Positions 20,393 through 20,996 of a stretch of 20,996 nucleotides of DNA are shown here, piece by piece. The position numbers were made by a program, and so were the translations under genes. The stretch covers positions 1 through 20,996 of the forward strand of contig JANLPS010000269.1 of assembly GCA_031367385.1 (NCBI GenBank), read 5' to 3'. This DNA comes from Archangium sp. Lineage in GTDB: Bacteria; Myxococcota; Myxococcia; Myxococcales; Myxococcaceae. Position 1 is the stretch's first letter; each line of letters starts with the position of its first letter. The notes under the pieces are model-generated. The model worked only from the letters and a program-made list of their open reading frames with translations. It did not search any database and had not been told where the DNA came from.

Positions 20393-20996
20393 TCAACGAT
20401 GTTCAGCCAACTCGCCCAATCGAATCGAGGTCTTGCGCCCGCTCTCGACGTCTGCCTCGAACGGCGAGGCCAAACCCGCGTCAGTCGCAGGCGCTTGAAA
20501 TACCTGGAGATTCACCGGTGACAAGTCTGGCGCGGCGTCTTCGACCTCGAACGCCATGCCTGGGTTCGCGGGCAATGGGTGGCGCAGATCGAACAGCACC
20601 GCGACTGAGATCGCCGATCGGTTGACCCTCGGGTCTTCGTGCAGGTTGAGCTTCGCCTCGCTCACCTCGAGCGGCACCGGGGCGCCCGAGAACGAGACCT
20701 CGAGCGACTTGGTGGCCATCGCGACCAGGCGCTGCTTGAGCGCGGTGGTCTCTGACGGCGAGAGCACGCCGTCGTGATTCGCGTCGGCGCCGCTGCGAAT
20801 CAGCTCACAGCGCTCGCCGCCATCGACGTCCATCAGCACTAGGCCCTGCACGGTGAAGCGGGTCAAGGTGAAGACCAGCTTCTTGTGAAAACCCTGCGGG
20901 TGCGCCAACGCCGCAAAGGGAATCAGGAGCCCGAGCAGCCCCACTCTGAACCCAACCCTCACCCCCACCCTCAGCCCCACCCTCAGCCCCACCCTC
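20393..20996 (-). CDS. Secreted hypothetical protein with an EF-hand-like loop; start uncertain (frame open to the edge)
   Basis: Signal-like LLGLLIPFAALA followed by HPQ; DANHDGVLSPSE matches a 12-residue EF-hand/DxDxDG loop. Confidence 0.75.
   Translation of the reverse strand, partial: RVGLRVGLRVGVRVGFRVGLLGLLIPFAALAHPQGFHKKLVFTLTRFTVQGLVLMDVDGGERCELIRSGADANHDGVLSPSETTALKQRLVAMATKSLEVSFSGAPVPLEVSEAKLNLHEDPRVNRSAISVAVLFDLRHPLPANPGMAFEVEDAAPDLSPVNLQVFQAPATDAGLASPFEADVESGRKTSIRLGELAEHR
20938..20996. repeat. About 5 x 12-bp tandem repeat (CCCACCCTCAGC-like), G-rich on the coding strand
   Basis: Minus strand AGGGTGGGGCTG x2, AGGGTGGGGGTG, AGGGTTGGGTTC, AGAGTGGGGCTG, encoding RVG(L/V/F); may continue beyond the window. 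Confidence 0.85.

Overview
GC-rich, gene-dense bacterial window; the gene content suggests Myxococcota (inference). Bases 1-8985 (minus strand) are the first part of a tightly coupled aryl-polyene/flexirubin-type type II FAS/PKS operon. In order it encodes a chain-length-factor-like protein, an acyltransferase, two ACPs, an AMP-ligase fused to a dehydratase, a GT2 fused to an acyltransferase, an MIO ammonia-lyase, a LolA-like carrier and an MMPL exporter that runs off the left edge. A divergent three-gene unit follows (lipoprotein, LysE-type exporter, HSL-family esterase). Next is a signalling block: a HEAT-repeat protein translationally coupled to a degenerate HD-GYP protein, the two apparently sharing an unnamed N-terminal domain. 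This pair converges on a 1262-aa Zn-ribbon/Ser-Thr kinase/degenerate cyclase/STAND ATPase/TPR protein. The window ends with a five-domain S1 (RpsA-like) protein and a secreted hypothetical protein. Small-scale structure includes two covarying copies of a REP-like hairpin (one in frame inside the AMP-ligase) and several coding tandem repeats. No rRNA, tRNA, CRISPR array or transposase is visible.
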